Positions 19,983-29,264 of a DNA stretch of 64,000 bases are shown in pieces. Location of the stretch: positions 4,800,001 to 4,864,000 of the forward strand of contig OZ244170.1 of assembly GCA_965216565.1 (NCBI GenBank), given 5' to 3'. The notes below the pieces were generated by a model that ran no database searches, was not told the origin of the DNA, and saw nothing but the letters and a program-made list of their open reading frames with translations. The first letter of the stretch is position 1. Every line of letters begins with the position of its first letter. The DNA is from Bythopirellula sp. (GTDB lineage: Bacteria > Planctomycetota > Planctomycetia > Pirellulales > Lacipirellulaceae). The position numbers were made by a program, and so were the translations under genes.

Positions 19983-20876
19983 ATGAGTGAACTCGATTAC
20001 CCCCAACTCCTGAAACCCATTGTTGTCATCGGCTCTCCCCGATCTGGCACGACCCTGCTTGGGAACTTGCTTGGCGCTCATCCAGCATTGGCTCACCTCG
20101 TAGAACCGCGGCTGACATGGAAATTCGGGAACGACTCGAAGTCGGATATGTTGCGGGTCGAGGACGCACGCGAAGATGTGTGCCGACACATTCGACAGAC
20201 GTTTGCTCAAAGCGTTGTCGAGCAAGGACGCGAGCGTTTGTTGGAAAAAACCCCCAGCAATTCGCTGCGAATGGAGTTTGTCGATCGAGTGTTACCTGGC
20301 TGTCAATTCGTACATATCATCCGTGACGGGGTCGAGTCGGTACTTTCAATCCGAAAATTTTGGCAAGGGCATGCCCGCGGTATTCAAAAAGGAAAAATAG
20401 GCGAACGGCTTCGCGAGATTAATTTCCGCAGAGCACCCCACTACGCAAAGGAACTCATGCGGCGGGTATTACCGGAGAGTTTCTCCGGGGTGGTTGGCCA
20501 CGCAGTGTGGGGCCCCCGTTTGCCTGGCATCGATGGTTTGTTGAAGGACCTGAGTGTCTTGGAAGTCTGCTGCTTGCAATGGCGGATGAGTGTGGAAAGT
20601 GCCTGCTACTTTGGTCGCAGCCTACCCCGAGAACGCTATATGGAATGCCGACTGGAGGACATGTCGCCTGAGCTTCTAGAGTCGGTTCTCGAGTTTTGTA
20701 ACTTGCAAGTCACCGACGAAGTCGGGGCCCGATTTCAATCGCACTTTGATTCAAAGCTTACCACCAGACGACAAGTTGAGGCTGATCCCGAGGACTTAGC
20801 GGTCATTGAGCGCTGGATTGGCCCGACACGTGCCTGGCTTGTCCAGACATCTCACGCTGAGCACTGCACCACCTAA
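19983..20876 (+). CDS. Sulfotransferase (Sulfotransfer_3 type)
   Basis: VIGSPRSGTTLL, EKTP and HIIRDG motifs. Confidence 0.9.
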   Translation: MSELDYPQLLKPIVVIGSPRSGTTLLGNLLGAHPALAHLVEPRLTWKFGNDSKSDMLRVEDAREDVCRHIRQTFAQSVVEQGRERLLEKTPSNSLRMEFVDRVLPGCQFVHIIRDGVESVLSIRKFWQGHARGIQKGKIGERLREINFRRAPHYAKELMRRVLPESFSGVVGHAVWGPRLPGIDGLLKDLSVLEVCCLQWRMSVESACYFGRSLPRERYMECRLEDMSPELLESVLEFCNLQVTDEVGARFQSHFDSKLTTRRQVEADPEDLAVIERWIGPTRAWLVQTSHAEHCTT

Positions 20877-20942
20877 TCATCTATCCCAGACTCCTCATTG
20901 GATCTGCCGACAATTTTTTTCCATTAATCTTTCGACATTCAC

Positions 20943-22199
20943 ATGCCTTCCAAATCCAAACCAGTTTTTTTGGTCATCTCCCAAGTCTTTCCACCCGACC
21001 CGATAGCGGTTGGTCAGCATATGCGCGATGCGGCACGGGGACTTGCTGAGCGGGGGTTTGAGGTTCGGGTGCTTACTTCCGGGCGTGGCTATGACGATCC
21101 CACGGCGAAGTATCCACCCCGCGAGACGATGGACGGCGTCGATGTGATCCGACTGCCTTTGTCTTCGCTGGGTAAGAAAACGATGGCCCATCGATTAGTG
21201 GGGCAGTCTCTGTTCTTGTTGCAGACAATTTTCCGAGGTCTCTTCACTCCCCGCCTAGCTGGCATTCTAGTGAGCACCTCGCCACCCATGGCCTCAATTG
21301 CCGCCTTGATAATTCGTTTGTTCCGTAGTGCGCGTATCAAGTTTTGGGTAATGGATCTTAATCCCGACCAATTGATCGAAACGGGACGCATTAAAGAAAC
21401 GTCTCTGCCGGCTCGAATTTTTAATGCGCTCAATAGAATGATTCTCCGTGCCTCCGACGACGTGGTGGCACTCGATCGGTTTATGGCGGAACGTCTGCTT
21501 AGGAAGGTGAACGTCAAAGACAAGATATCTATCCAGCCCCCCTGGCCGCATTCCGATCACCTGGAAACAGTTGAGCATGCCGAGAATCCGTTCCGCAAAG
21601 AACACGATCTCGAAGACAAGTTTGTGGTGATGTATAGTGGCAATCACGGTCAAACGACGCCGGTCACAACCGTGCTCGACGCCGCGGTTCGCATGCAAGA
21701 TCGCAAGAGGCTTGTGTTCATGTTTATCGGCGGTGGTGTGGGCAAACGTGATGTCGAGGCCACCATTGCCAAGCACAACCCGACGAACATTATCGATCTG
21801 CCCTACCAGCCGATCGATCGCATCAAATACAGCCTTTCGGCCGCGGATGTCCATTTGGTTACCATGGAAGAATGCGTGGTGGGCGTGATTCATCCTTGCA
21901 AAATCTACGGAGCCATGGAAATCGGCAGGCCCATTCTTTCCGTGGGTCCCGAGGAATATCATGTCTCAGACGTCATGCAGGGAAGAGACATCGGTTGGCA
22001 CGTTCCTCATGGAGATGTCGACAAACTGATAGAAACGTTGGACATGATTCTTGCCCTGCCGCAGGAGAAACTCCGCGAAATGGGTAATCGGGCGGCTAAA
22101 ATTGTGCAAGAGAACTACCAACAACAAGCCATGATCGAAGAGTTCACCGACATCATGGTGCGCAACGTGCCTGGTGCTCCTATAGAAAGTAACGAGTGA
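20943..22199 (+). CDS. GT4 glycosyltransferase (WcaI/WbuB-like)
   Basis: SQVFPPD, STSPP, MDLNPD, YSGNHG and PCKIYGAM motifs. Confidence 0.9.
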   Translation: MPSKSKPVFLVISQVFPPDPIAVGQHMRDAARGLAERGFEVRVLTSGRGYDDPTAKYPPRETMDGVDVIRLPLSSLGKKTMAHRLVGQSLFLLQTIFRGLFTPRLAGILVSTSPPMASIAALIIRLFRSARIKFWVMDLNPDQLIETGRIKETSLPARIFNALNRMILRASDDVVALDRFMAERLLRKVNVKDKISIQPPWPHSDHLETVEHAENPFRKEHDLEDKFVVMYSGNHGQTTPVTTVLDAAVRMQDRKRLVFMFIGGGVGKRDVEATIAKHNPTNIIDLPYQPIDRIKYSLSAADVHLVTMEECVVGVIHPCKIYGAMEIGRPILSVGPEEYHVSDVMQGRDIGWHVPHGDVDKLIETLDMILALPQEKLREMGNRAAKIVQENYQQQAMIEEFTDIMVRNVPGAPIESNE

Positions 22200-22624
22200 A
22201 CATGCCGAAGTTTCGTGTTGATCATATTGGCGTCGCTGTTCGCGATATGGACCAGGCCCTAGCGTTATACACCGATACGTTCGGGTACAAGTTGGTACGT
22301 GGCCCCTTCGATGATCCGGAGCAACAAGCTCAAGTCGCATTCATCGAAACTGCCGCACCGGACGATCCTGCGTTGGAATTGGTAGCTCCGCTGGCCGAGG
22401 GATCCCAAGTCGAGCGTGTGCTCGCCAAGGGGCTCAGCCTATACCATATTTGCTATGAAGTCCCAGACATTGAGCTAGCCATCGAGCACCTGCGAGCTCA
22501 GAAATGCCTCCTGGTTAGCGGTCCTACGCCGGCAGTGGCCTACGACGGCCGACCGATTGCCTGGCTCTATACACCCAACCGACAGCTTACTGAGTTAGTA
22601 GAAGCCCCCCCAGAATCGTCATGA
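22196..22624 (+). CDS. VOC family protein, methylmalonyl-CoA epimerase-like
   Basis: DHIGVAV, LELVAP, LYHICYEV and ELVE metal-ligand pattern; GTGA overlap with the upstream stop. Confidence 0.85.
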   Translation: MNMPKFRVDHIGVAVRDMDQALALYTDTFGYKLVRGPFDDPEQQAQVAFIETAAPDDPALELVAPLAEGSQVERVLAKGLSLYHICYEVPDIELAIEHLRAQKCLLVSGPTPAVAYDGRPIAWLYTPNRQLTELVEAPPESS

Positions 22625-24510
22625 GTTTGCCCGCCGAAAAGCGCAAAGAAATCGACCAGGCCATTGCAGATTCGCAAGTGGGCCGAGCACTGGCGTTGCT
22701 CAAGGGGCTGTGGCGAACGGAGCCATCGCTGGCCATGGCTCCCTTTATCGTGGATCGTTTTGGCAAGCTTTCCGATGCACCGCCGACCGTCTCCTGTAAT
22801 TTGTTGGTTCTACGTTCGTTTACCGTCGAGCCAGTCGTACCGCTCGCCCGGGCCGGCGCGCTCTGCTATGGCATGGATCTCTCCGTGCGAGTCGGCCAGT
22901 TCAATAGCTACGTGCAGGAAATTCTCGATCCCAACAGTACGCTGTATCAAGATCCCACCGACGTGGTGTTGCTAGCCGTTCAAACTCGTGATCTCGCGCC
23001 GGAGCTTTGGTCTAAATGGACCGATTTGGAAACTAAAGAAGCAGGGGCAATCATCGCGCGGATTATCGAGGACTATCGCACGTGGGTTGCAACGATACGC
23101 TCTCGTAGTTCCGCCCATATAGTGATTCACAATTTGGAAAAACCTCCGCTTGCTTCTGCCGGCATTCACGATGCCCAGTGTAGCAACGGTCAGCTCGCCG
23201 CCATCGAACAGATCAACGCCGGTCTTGCCACACTCTGCGGAGAGTTCACTGGTGTCCATGTGCTAGATTACGAACAACTGGTTGCCCGTCATGGCCGGGA
23301 ACGATGGCATGACGAACACAAATGGTTGACGGCGCGGCTACCAATTGCTGCCGATGCGTTGATTCACTTGGCTAATGAATGGCTGCGGTACTTGTTGCCA
23401 ATTCGTGGCAAACAGGCGAAGTGCCTGGTCTGCGATTTAGACAATACTCTCTGGGGTGGGATCATCGGCGAAGATGGCATAAACGGTATCAAGCTGGGCG
23501 GCGAGTACCCCGGAGCCGCCTACTTGCAATTACAAAGAGCCGCACGCGACCTGATCAATCGTGGTATCTTGTTGGCTGTCTGCAGCAAGAACAACGAAGC
23601 CGACGCACTGGAAGCCATCGACGAGCATCCCGAGATGCTGCTCAGGAGCAAAGACTTTTCGGCACTCAAGATCAACTGGACCGACAAAGCACAGAACTTG
23701 CGCGAGATTGCTGAGGAGCTGAATATCGGAATCGATTCCCTAGTGCTGATCGACGACAACCCCGTGGAACGCGAATTTGTTCGCGAAATGCTTCCCGAAG
23801 TAACGGTCATTGATATCGATGCCGACGCCCCCCTGGGGCATGCCACGGCTTTGCAGAGTTGCCCCTTGTTCCAGCGATTGGAGGTCTCTGCGGAAGATCG
23901 CAAACGGAGCCAGATTTATGCCGAGCAACAGGAGCGGGCCACTCTGAAATCGTCAGTCACCTCCATCGAAGACTACTACCGCTCGCTCGAGATGGTGGCG
24001 AGCTTCGGCCTGGCCGACGAGGCGAGTTGCCCTCGCGTAGCACAGTTGACACAGAAGACCAATCAACTCAATATGACAACTCGCCGATACAGCGAGCAGG
24101 ACATTCAAGCCTTCATAGCCGATCCCCAAGTGCGGGTTTATTGGGCACGTGTGGAAGATCGATTCGGCGACAATGGCATCGTCGGTGTGATGATTGTTCG
24201 CGACGAGGGCGAGCAATGGATGATCGATACGTTTCTGATGAGCTGCCGGGTCATTGGTCGCACAGTCGAAACTGCCATGTTAGGAATCCTGGCCGAACAC
24301 GCCGAGCAAAGTGGTGCACGCAAGCTATTGGGTCCCTTCGTGCCCACTGCCAAGAATGCTCCGGCTCAAGAGATCTACGCCAACAACAAATTTCAGTGTA
24401 TTGAAGAAAACGATTCAGGATCGCTGTGGGAATTGGATTTTAGCCAAGCTTCGCTAAGACCACCCGAGTGGATCGACTGCAGACAGAATAAGAGTTTAGG
24501 AGTTTCGTGA
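22621..24510 (+). CDS. FkbH-like HAD-IIIC glyceryl transferase/phosphatase
   Basis: DLDNTLWGG, CSKN, DDNPVER, QKTNQ, DRFGDNG and LMSCR motifs; ATGA overlap. Confidence 0.93.
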   Translation: MSLPAEKRKEIDQAIADSQVGRALALLKGLWRTEPSLAMAPFIVDRFGKLSDAPPTVSCNLLVLRSFTVEPVVPLARAGALCYGMDLSVRVGQFNSYVQEILDPNSTLYQDPTDVVLLAVQTRDLAPELWSKWTDLETKEAGAIIARIIEDYRTWVATIRSRSSAHIVIHNLEKPPLASAGIHDAQCSNGQLAAIEQINAGLATLCGEFTGVHVLDYEQLVARHGRERWHDEHKWLTARLPIAADALIHLANEWLRYLLPIRGKQAKCLVCDLDNTLWGGIIGEDGINGIKLGGEYPGAAYLQLQRAARDLINRGILLAVCSKNNEADALEAIDEHPEMLLRSKDFSALKINWTDKAQNLREIAEELNIGIDSLVLIDDNPVEREFVREMLPEVTVIDIDADAPLGHATALQSCPLFQRLEVSAEDRKRSQIYAEQQERATLKSSVTSIEDYYRSLEMVASFGLADEASCPRVAQLTQKTNQLNMTTRRYSEQDIQAFIADPQVRVYWARVEDRFGDNGIVGVMIVRDEGEQWMIDTFLMSCRVIGRTVETAMLGILAEHAEQSGARKLLGPFVPTAKNAPAQEIYANNKFQCIEENDSGSLWELDFSQASLRPPEWIDCRQNKSLGVS

Positions 24511-24749
24511 TGAGTGCCGAAGTAACCGACGAAGTACGACAAACGATTGCCGAAGTGTTCTTTATCGATGCCTCGGAAGTAACCGCGGAATCGACACCAG
24601 AGACGATTGCTGCCTGGGATTCGATGGGTCACTTGAACCTGATTCTGGCACTCGAGCAAAAGTTTGGTCATACCTTCGATCCCGAGCAAATCCCCCAACT
24701 CACGTCTGTCGCAGCGATCGCAGAAGCTGTCTCTGCAAAGAACGGCTGA
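24507..24749 (+). CDS. Acyl carrier protein
   Basis: 80-aa acidic protein with WDSMGHLNL phosphopantetheine site; GTGA overlap with the FkbH-like gene. Confidence 0.92.
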   Translation: MMSAEVTDEVRQTIAEVFFIDASEVTAESTPETIAAWDSMGHLNLILALEQKFGHTFDPEQIPQLTSVAAIAEAVSAKNG

Positions 24750-24768
24750 TTTACGAATTGGTTCGATT

Positions 24769-25866
24769 ATGGGTGCTGCTTCCGACGCCAAGATCATCGT
24801 ACGCGAGGCAACGCCTGCCGACCTAAAAGACGTCACTGCTCTCCTTTCGGCCCGCGACGGTATCGATCGCAGTCAGCAAGTGGTCGACGCTTATCTATGG
24901 GGACTCGACCCGAGTTGTACGCGGACTTGGCTCGCTTATGTTGGCAATGAACCGGTCGGGATCACCATGCTCTATCTTCGCCACATGCGGTGGCCCCAAG
25001 AAGACAACTCAAGCACGATGAAATTGGCGGGCTACTGGTCGCACCTGTATGTGATGCCGGAGTACCGCAAGCTGATGATTTATCCCCAGTTGGTGTTGGG
25101 AATGATCCGTGGCATGCGAACCGCAGAGATCGACCTAATCTTTACCGCTACACGTCAGGCCGATGTGGCCGAGGGACACCAAAAGCTGGGCTTCGCACTG
25201 GTCAGCAAAATGCCGCTCCGATTGCGACCGTTACGCCCTTTTAGGCTGCTCGCCAAGCACAAAGGAGCAGGGTTGCTGGCGCCATTTTGTGGCCCAAGCG
25301 ACGCGATTTACCAATTTTTGCTTGGCCGAGAACCAGCGCAGGATGTTCCGATCGAAGAGATTTCACTGGAATCGAGCGACGTCGAAGAAATAGTGGCACT
25401 ACTGAATTCGCCAGACAATGATTTAGTGCGTCAGGATTGGACTGTGGAACAGTTCCGACGACGATTCCGAACGACACTCGACGGCACCAAGTACCGTCTT
25501 ACAGCAATTCGCTCTGAGGGCAGGCTCGTTGCCGGATTGATAACGGCCTTAGTCGAACGTGGGAACAACATTCGCGCGGGCATCGTCTTAGATATTGCCG
25601 CTTTGCCGAGTGCTTCTTTGGAACAGGTCAACAGCCTTATTGCCGAGGCAGAGCAGCATGCCCACCGACACGAAGCCGAAGTGATGTTGGCATTGGAACG
25701 GTCTCTTTTCATTGATCAATGGGGCGATACCTATGGCAAGTACCTAGCGAACGATTCCGAGACTTATCACATGCTGGTGTATCCCAAGCCACTAGCCCAA
25801 GAACCGTTCGCGGCAGCCCAGCTTGAGAACTGGTACTTTTCCTATGCCGATCATGATGCGTTTTGA
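24769..25866 (+). CDS. GNAT family acyltransferase
   Basis: LYVMPEYRKLMIY motif A variant and HQKLGF motif B; ATG 24769 lies 19 bp after the ACP stop. Confidence 0.75.
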   Translation: MGAASDAKIIVREATPADLKDVTALLSARDGIDRSQQVVDAYLWGLDPSCTRTWLAYVGNEPVGITMLYLRHMRWPQEDNSSTMKLAGYWSHLYVMPEYRKLMIYPQLVLGMIRGMRTAEIDLIFTATRQADVAEGHQKLGFALVSKMPLRLRPLRPFRLLAKHKGAGLLAPFCGPSDAIYQFLLGREPAQDVPIEEISLESSDVEEIVALLNSPDNDLVRQDWTVEQFRRRFRTTLDGTKYRLTAIRSEGRLVAGLITALVERGNNIRAGIVLDIAALPSASLEQVNSLIAEAEQHAHRHEAEVMLALERSLFIDQWGDTYGKYLANDSETYHMLVYPKPLAQEPFAAAQLENWYFSYADHDAF

Positions 25867-25909
25867 AACCTCCATCCAGAATTGACGAAGAACCTTCCTA
25901 AGAGTACCG

Positions 25910-26767
25910 ATGCCTGACAGTCAACTAAAGCATGCCTTGTCGTTCGATATCGAGGACTGGTTCCATCTGGTGGGGATCGAGGCGGTTGCCGATCCGAATG
26001 AGTGGGATACGTTTCCGACTTTGGTCGAGGAATATACGCAGTGGATTGTCGATGCGCTGGGAGAGCACGACACGCGGGCGACGTTCTTTATCCTAGGTTG
26101 GGTTGCAGACCGATACCCTCAGCTAGCTCCAAAGATTGCTGCGGCCGGGCATGAGATTGCCTGCCATTCTTTTTGGCACACGCGAGTTGATCAACTGACC
26201 CCAGAAGAATTTCGCGAGGAGACATCTCGGACCAAGAATCTTCTTGAACAGCAAACAGGAAAACAGGTGGTTGGTTATCGAGCTCCAAGTTTCTCTATCA
26301 CTCCAGGAGCCGAATGGGCTCTCGACGAACTAATCGATATGGGTTTCACCTACGACGCCAGTTTTTTCCCAGCCCAACGTGCTCACGGGGGATATCCGTG
26401 CCCGCAGGAGGCCCACGATTTCTCAGGGACCCCCTCCGGCCGAACGATCCGTGAGCTGCCGATGAGCGTCTTGAATCTGGGGCTGACCCGATTGCCGTTC
26501 AGTGGCGGAGGCTATTTGCGGCTCTTGCCCCAGTGGCTGATTCGCCATGGATTCAACAAGTTCGAAGCGAACGGTATCCCGGTGGTCACGTACTTGCATC
26601 CCCGCGATTTCGCCGCAGATTGCCCCTCAGTGCCGATGTCTGCGTGGCGACGATTCAAGTCTTATACAGGATTGAAGACCACCAAAGACAAGCTGCAGAT
26701 GATGCTGGCAAACTTCTCATTCGACACCTGTGCTGCCGTGGCCACTGCCCCGGAGCCTGAGGCGTGA
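25910..26767 (+). CDS. CE4 polysaccharide deacetylase with DUF3473-like C-terminus
   Basis: SFDIEDWF, ATFFILG, HEIACHSFWH, GYRAPSFS, GGGYLRL and YLHP motifs. Confidence 0.92.
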   Translation: MPDSQLKHALSFDIEDWFHLVGIEAVADPNEWDTFPTLVEEYTQWIVDALGEHDTRATFFILGWVADRYPQLAPKIAAAGHEIACHSFWHTRVDQLTPEEFREETSRTKNLLEQQTGKQVVGYRAPSFSITPGAEWALDELIDMGFTYDASFFPAQRAHGGYPCPQEAHDFSGTPSGRTIRELPMSVLNLGLTRLPFSGGGYLRLLPQWLIRHGFNKFEANGIPVVTYLHPRDFAADCPSVPMSAWRRFKSYTGLKTTKDKLQMMLANFSFDTCAAVATAPEPEA

Positions 26768-26785
26768 GGACAGCCCGCAGAATGG

Positions 26786-26813
26786 TTTACAACCCTTTTT
26801 ACCGAGATATAAT
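26786..26813 (+). promoter_or_regulatory. Sigma-70 promoter of the epimerase gene
   Basis: TTTACA-N16-TATAAT. Confidence 0.65.
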
Positions 26814-26862
26814 ACGAGTTTCCCTACAAACACATTACGCCCCTCTGCTGATCGCCCTCGAG

Positions 26863-26893
26863 AGTGATCCCGTAGTGATCCCAAAGTGATCTC
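26863..26893 (+). repeat. Three tandem 11-bp-period direct repeats AGTGATC(C/T)C
   Basis: AGTGATCCC at 26863 and 26874, AGTGATCTC at 26885. Confidence 0.7.
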
Positions 26894-26931
26894 GACCAGG
26901 GCGGCATCCATCTTTCGAAGGAATTCCACAC

Positions 26932-27921
26932 ATGAGTAGTAGAAACGTATTGGTTGCTGGTGGAGGCGGTTTTATCGGTGGTCACTTGGTTCGTGATCTT
27001 CTCAAGGATGGCCATAAGGTACGCTGCGTCGATATTAAGCCCCAGGACCAGTGGTATCAGGTTGCTGATGAGGCGGAGAATGTTGTCGCCGACCTCAAGG
27101 ACATCGCCAACTGCAAGACGGCCTGCGAAGGTATGGACGATGTGTACAATCTGGCAGCTGACATGGGCGGCATGGGCTTTATTGAAAACAACAAAGCCCT
27201 CTGCATGCTCTCGGTTCTGATCAATACCCACTTGCTCCAAGCATCGCAGCAATCGGACGTAGAGCGATTCTTCTACGCCTCGAGCGCTTGTGTTTACAAC
27301 GCTGACAAGCAAGTCAGCGAAGATGTTGTGCCCTTGAAGGAAGAAGACGCTTATCCCGCGATGCCGGAAGATGGCTACGGTTGGGAGAAGCTGTTCAGTG
27401 AACGCATGTGCCGCCACTTTCGCGAAGATTACGGACTCCGCACACGGGTCGCCCGCTTCCACAACGTTTATGGACCCTATGGCACCTGGGAAGGCGGACG
27501 AGAAAAAGCCCCTGCTGCGATCTGCCGCAAGGTGATCATCGCCAAGGACAAAGATGCCAAAGAAATCGAGATTTGGGGCGACGGCAAACAGACCCGTAGC
27601 TTTATGTACATTGACGACTGCGTCAAAGGCATCCGCATGATTATGGATAGCGATATTCTAGAGCCGATCAACTTGGGTTCAGACGAACTGACCACAATCG
27701 TCGGTTTGGCGGAGATGGTCGAAGAGATCGCTGGCGTTGATCTCAAACACGATCACAACCTGTCGGCCCCTAAGGGAGTGAACGGTCGCAATAGCGACAA
27801 CACGCTCATCCAAAAGCATCTCGGTTGGGCACCTGGCATTAAGCTCCGCGACGGCATGGAGCGGACCTACAATTGGATCAACGAAGAATACCAGAAGAAG
27901 TACGCTGGCCAACCAGCTTAG
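26932..27921 (+). CDS. GDP-mannose 3,5-epimerase-like extended SDR
   Basis: GGGGFIG, LAADMGGMGFI, YASSAC, YGWEK, GGREKAPAA and GRNSDN, all characteristic of GME. Confidence 0.88.
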   Translation: MSSRNVLVAGGGGFIGGHLVRDLLKDGHKVRCVDIKPQDQWYQVADEAENVVADLKDIANCKTACEGMDDVYNLAADMGGMGFIENNKALCMLSVLINTHLLQASQQSDVERFFYASSACVYNADKQVSEDVVPLKEEDAYPAMPEDGYGWEKLFSERMCRHFREDYGLRTRVARFHNVYGPYGTWEGGREKAPAAICRKVIIAKDKDAKEIEIWGDGKQTRSFMYIDDCVKGIRMIMDSDILEPINLGSDELTTIVGLAEMVEEIAGVDLKHDHNLSAPKGVNGRNSDNTLIQKHLGWAPGIKLRDGMERTYNWINEEYQKKYAGQPA

Positions 27922-28424
27922 ACACTGGTTGCCTCGGACGTAGGGCGCGAGTTGGCAAAGATCCCCAACATCGTCTCCTGGCGGTAAGTGAAAATCTTGA
28001 TCAGATCTCGCCGGACGAAGAGTCCGTGCAGCAAGGCCCCGCCGGGCACGCCGTAGTGGACGATATCGATCACACGTGTGCCATCCTCGCAGTCCTCGAA
28101 CAAGTGTTCGTGATGCCAATGCGAGTAGGGCCCTCGCAGTTGTTGATCTACAAACCGTGTGTGGGGCTCCCAGACGCTAATCTCCGATGTCCAGCGAATT
28201 GGAATGCCGCGGACTCGGAGGCGGTAATCGATCGTGCGGCCAGCCTCCATTTCGATCGGTTCTGGCGTCAGCACATGAAAGTTTAAAATGGGCGGCGTGA
28301 TGCGTTCTAACTGCATCGCATCGGAGAAGAAGTCAAAAACCTCTTCCCGAGGTCGGGGAACAGTACATTCTGCCCGCATCAAATAGCCACGGCGGGTGGT
28401 CGCCTTCTCGATAGTGGTCGCCAT
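27918..28424 (-). CDS. SRPBCC family protein
   Basis: VFDFFSDAMQLERITPP and FVDQQLRGPYSHWHHEH motifs. Confidence 0.88.
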   Translation of the reverse strand: MATTIEKATTRRGYLMRAECTVPRPREEVFDFFSDAMQLERITPPILNFHVLTPEPIEMEAGRTIDYRLRVRGIPIRWTSEISVWEPHTRFVDQQLRGPYSHWHHEHLFEDCEDGTRVIDIVHYGVPGGALLHGLFVRRDLIKIFTYRQETMLGIFANSRPTSEATSV

Positions 28425-28548
28425 GAGTATCCGGAATTCCTCTGCACTTGTGGGTGTCTGACCACGGTTAAGACAGAACCGGATGCCTCTGAATCAGTTA
28501 ACTACTACGAAGAACTAGTGTCCGCCAACAAGAACTAGGGTCCAACAT

Positions 28549-28578
28549 ATAGCCGGAGGCACACCTGCCTCCGGCTAT
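28549..28578. repeat. REP-like perfect hairpin (TAGCCGGA family); possible terminator or mRNA stabiliser
   Basis: ATAGCCGGAGGCA-CACC-TGCCTCCGGCTAT, 13-bp stem. Confidence 0.7.
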
Positions 28579-28624
28579 TTAGCTAACCGAGTCCTTAGCT
28601 GCTGGAACGTACTAGGGAATAAGC

Positions 28625-29200
28625 TTACGAAGAGGCAGGAGCCGAAGATTCTTTCTCTTTGGACTCCTCCGCAGTTTTCTTCTCATCTTTCTTTGGTACT
28701 GGCTTTGGAGCCTTCGTTTTTTCGTCTGGCTCAAACTTGCCGGCAGGCCCCTCGAGCATCACGGGTTGGAATCCGGCCTTCTGCGAAGCGGACCAGAGGG
28801 ACTTAGTCTTCAGCTGCTTCTTCTTCTGCGGAGTTACGATTGCGACGTCGGCTTTGACATCGGTCCGTACTTTGACGACACCCTTCACTGTATAAAGCTT
28901 GCTGGCGATCTTCTTGGCACAATGCTTACAGTGCATGTTGCCCACGGTAATGACGGTATCGTCTTTGCCAATCTTCAGCTTGGTTTTCGGTCTCTTCTTA
29001 TCTTTGGACTTCTTGTCATCTTTCGCATGATCATGGTCGTGATCACTGTGATCATCGTGGTCAGCTGACTCCTTGCTCGACGTGTCCGACTTCTCTTGTT
29101 TGTCAGTGGCAACTTGTTCGGCTGTTATAGTACCTGTGTTGGCAAGGGCAAAACAGAATAGGAGCGAGAGTGTGAATAGAAGTTTGCTGTTAGCGATCAT
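28625..29200 (-). CDS. Exported heavy-metal-associated (HMA) domain protein
   Basis: Signal peptide, DHDDHSDHDHDH tract and GNMHCKHC metal-binding motif. Confidence 0.85.
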   Translation of the reverse strand: MIANSKLLFTLSLLFCFALANTGTITAEQVATDKQEKSDTSSKESADHDDHSDHDHDHAKDDKKSKDKKRPKTKLKIGKDDTVITVGNMHCKHCAKKIASKLYTVKGVVKVRTDVKADVAIVTPQKKKQLKTKSLWSASQKAGFQPVMLEGPAGKFEPDEKTKAPKPVPKKDEKKTAEESKEKESSAPASS

Positions 29201-29264
29201 CGAATAGGTCCTTTGAAAAAATCTATTAGAAATGATTTAGTTAGTCTTTGAATTATTGGATCAA

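Noticed and set aside
22196..24749. FkbH + ACP as evidence of a polyketide or tetronate cluster
   Set aside because: No ketosynthase, FabH-like, NRPS or methoxymalonyl dehydrogenase genes; the context is purely glycan biosynthesis
26824..27462. 212-aa minus-strand ORF
   Set aside because: Antisense shadow of the well-conserved epimerase gene
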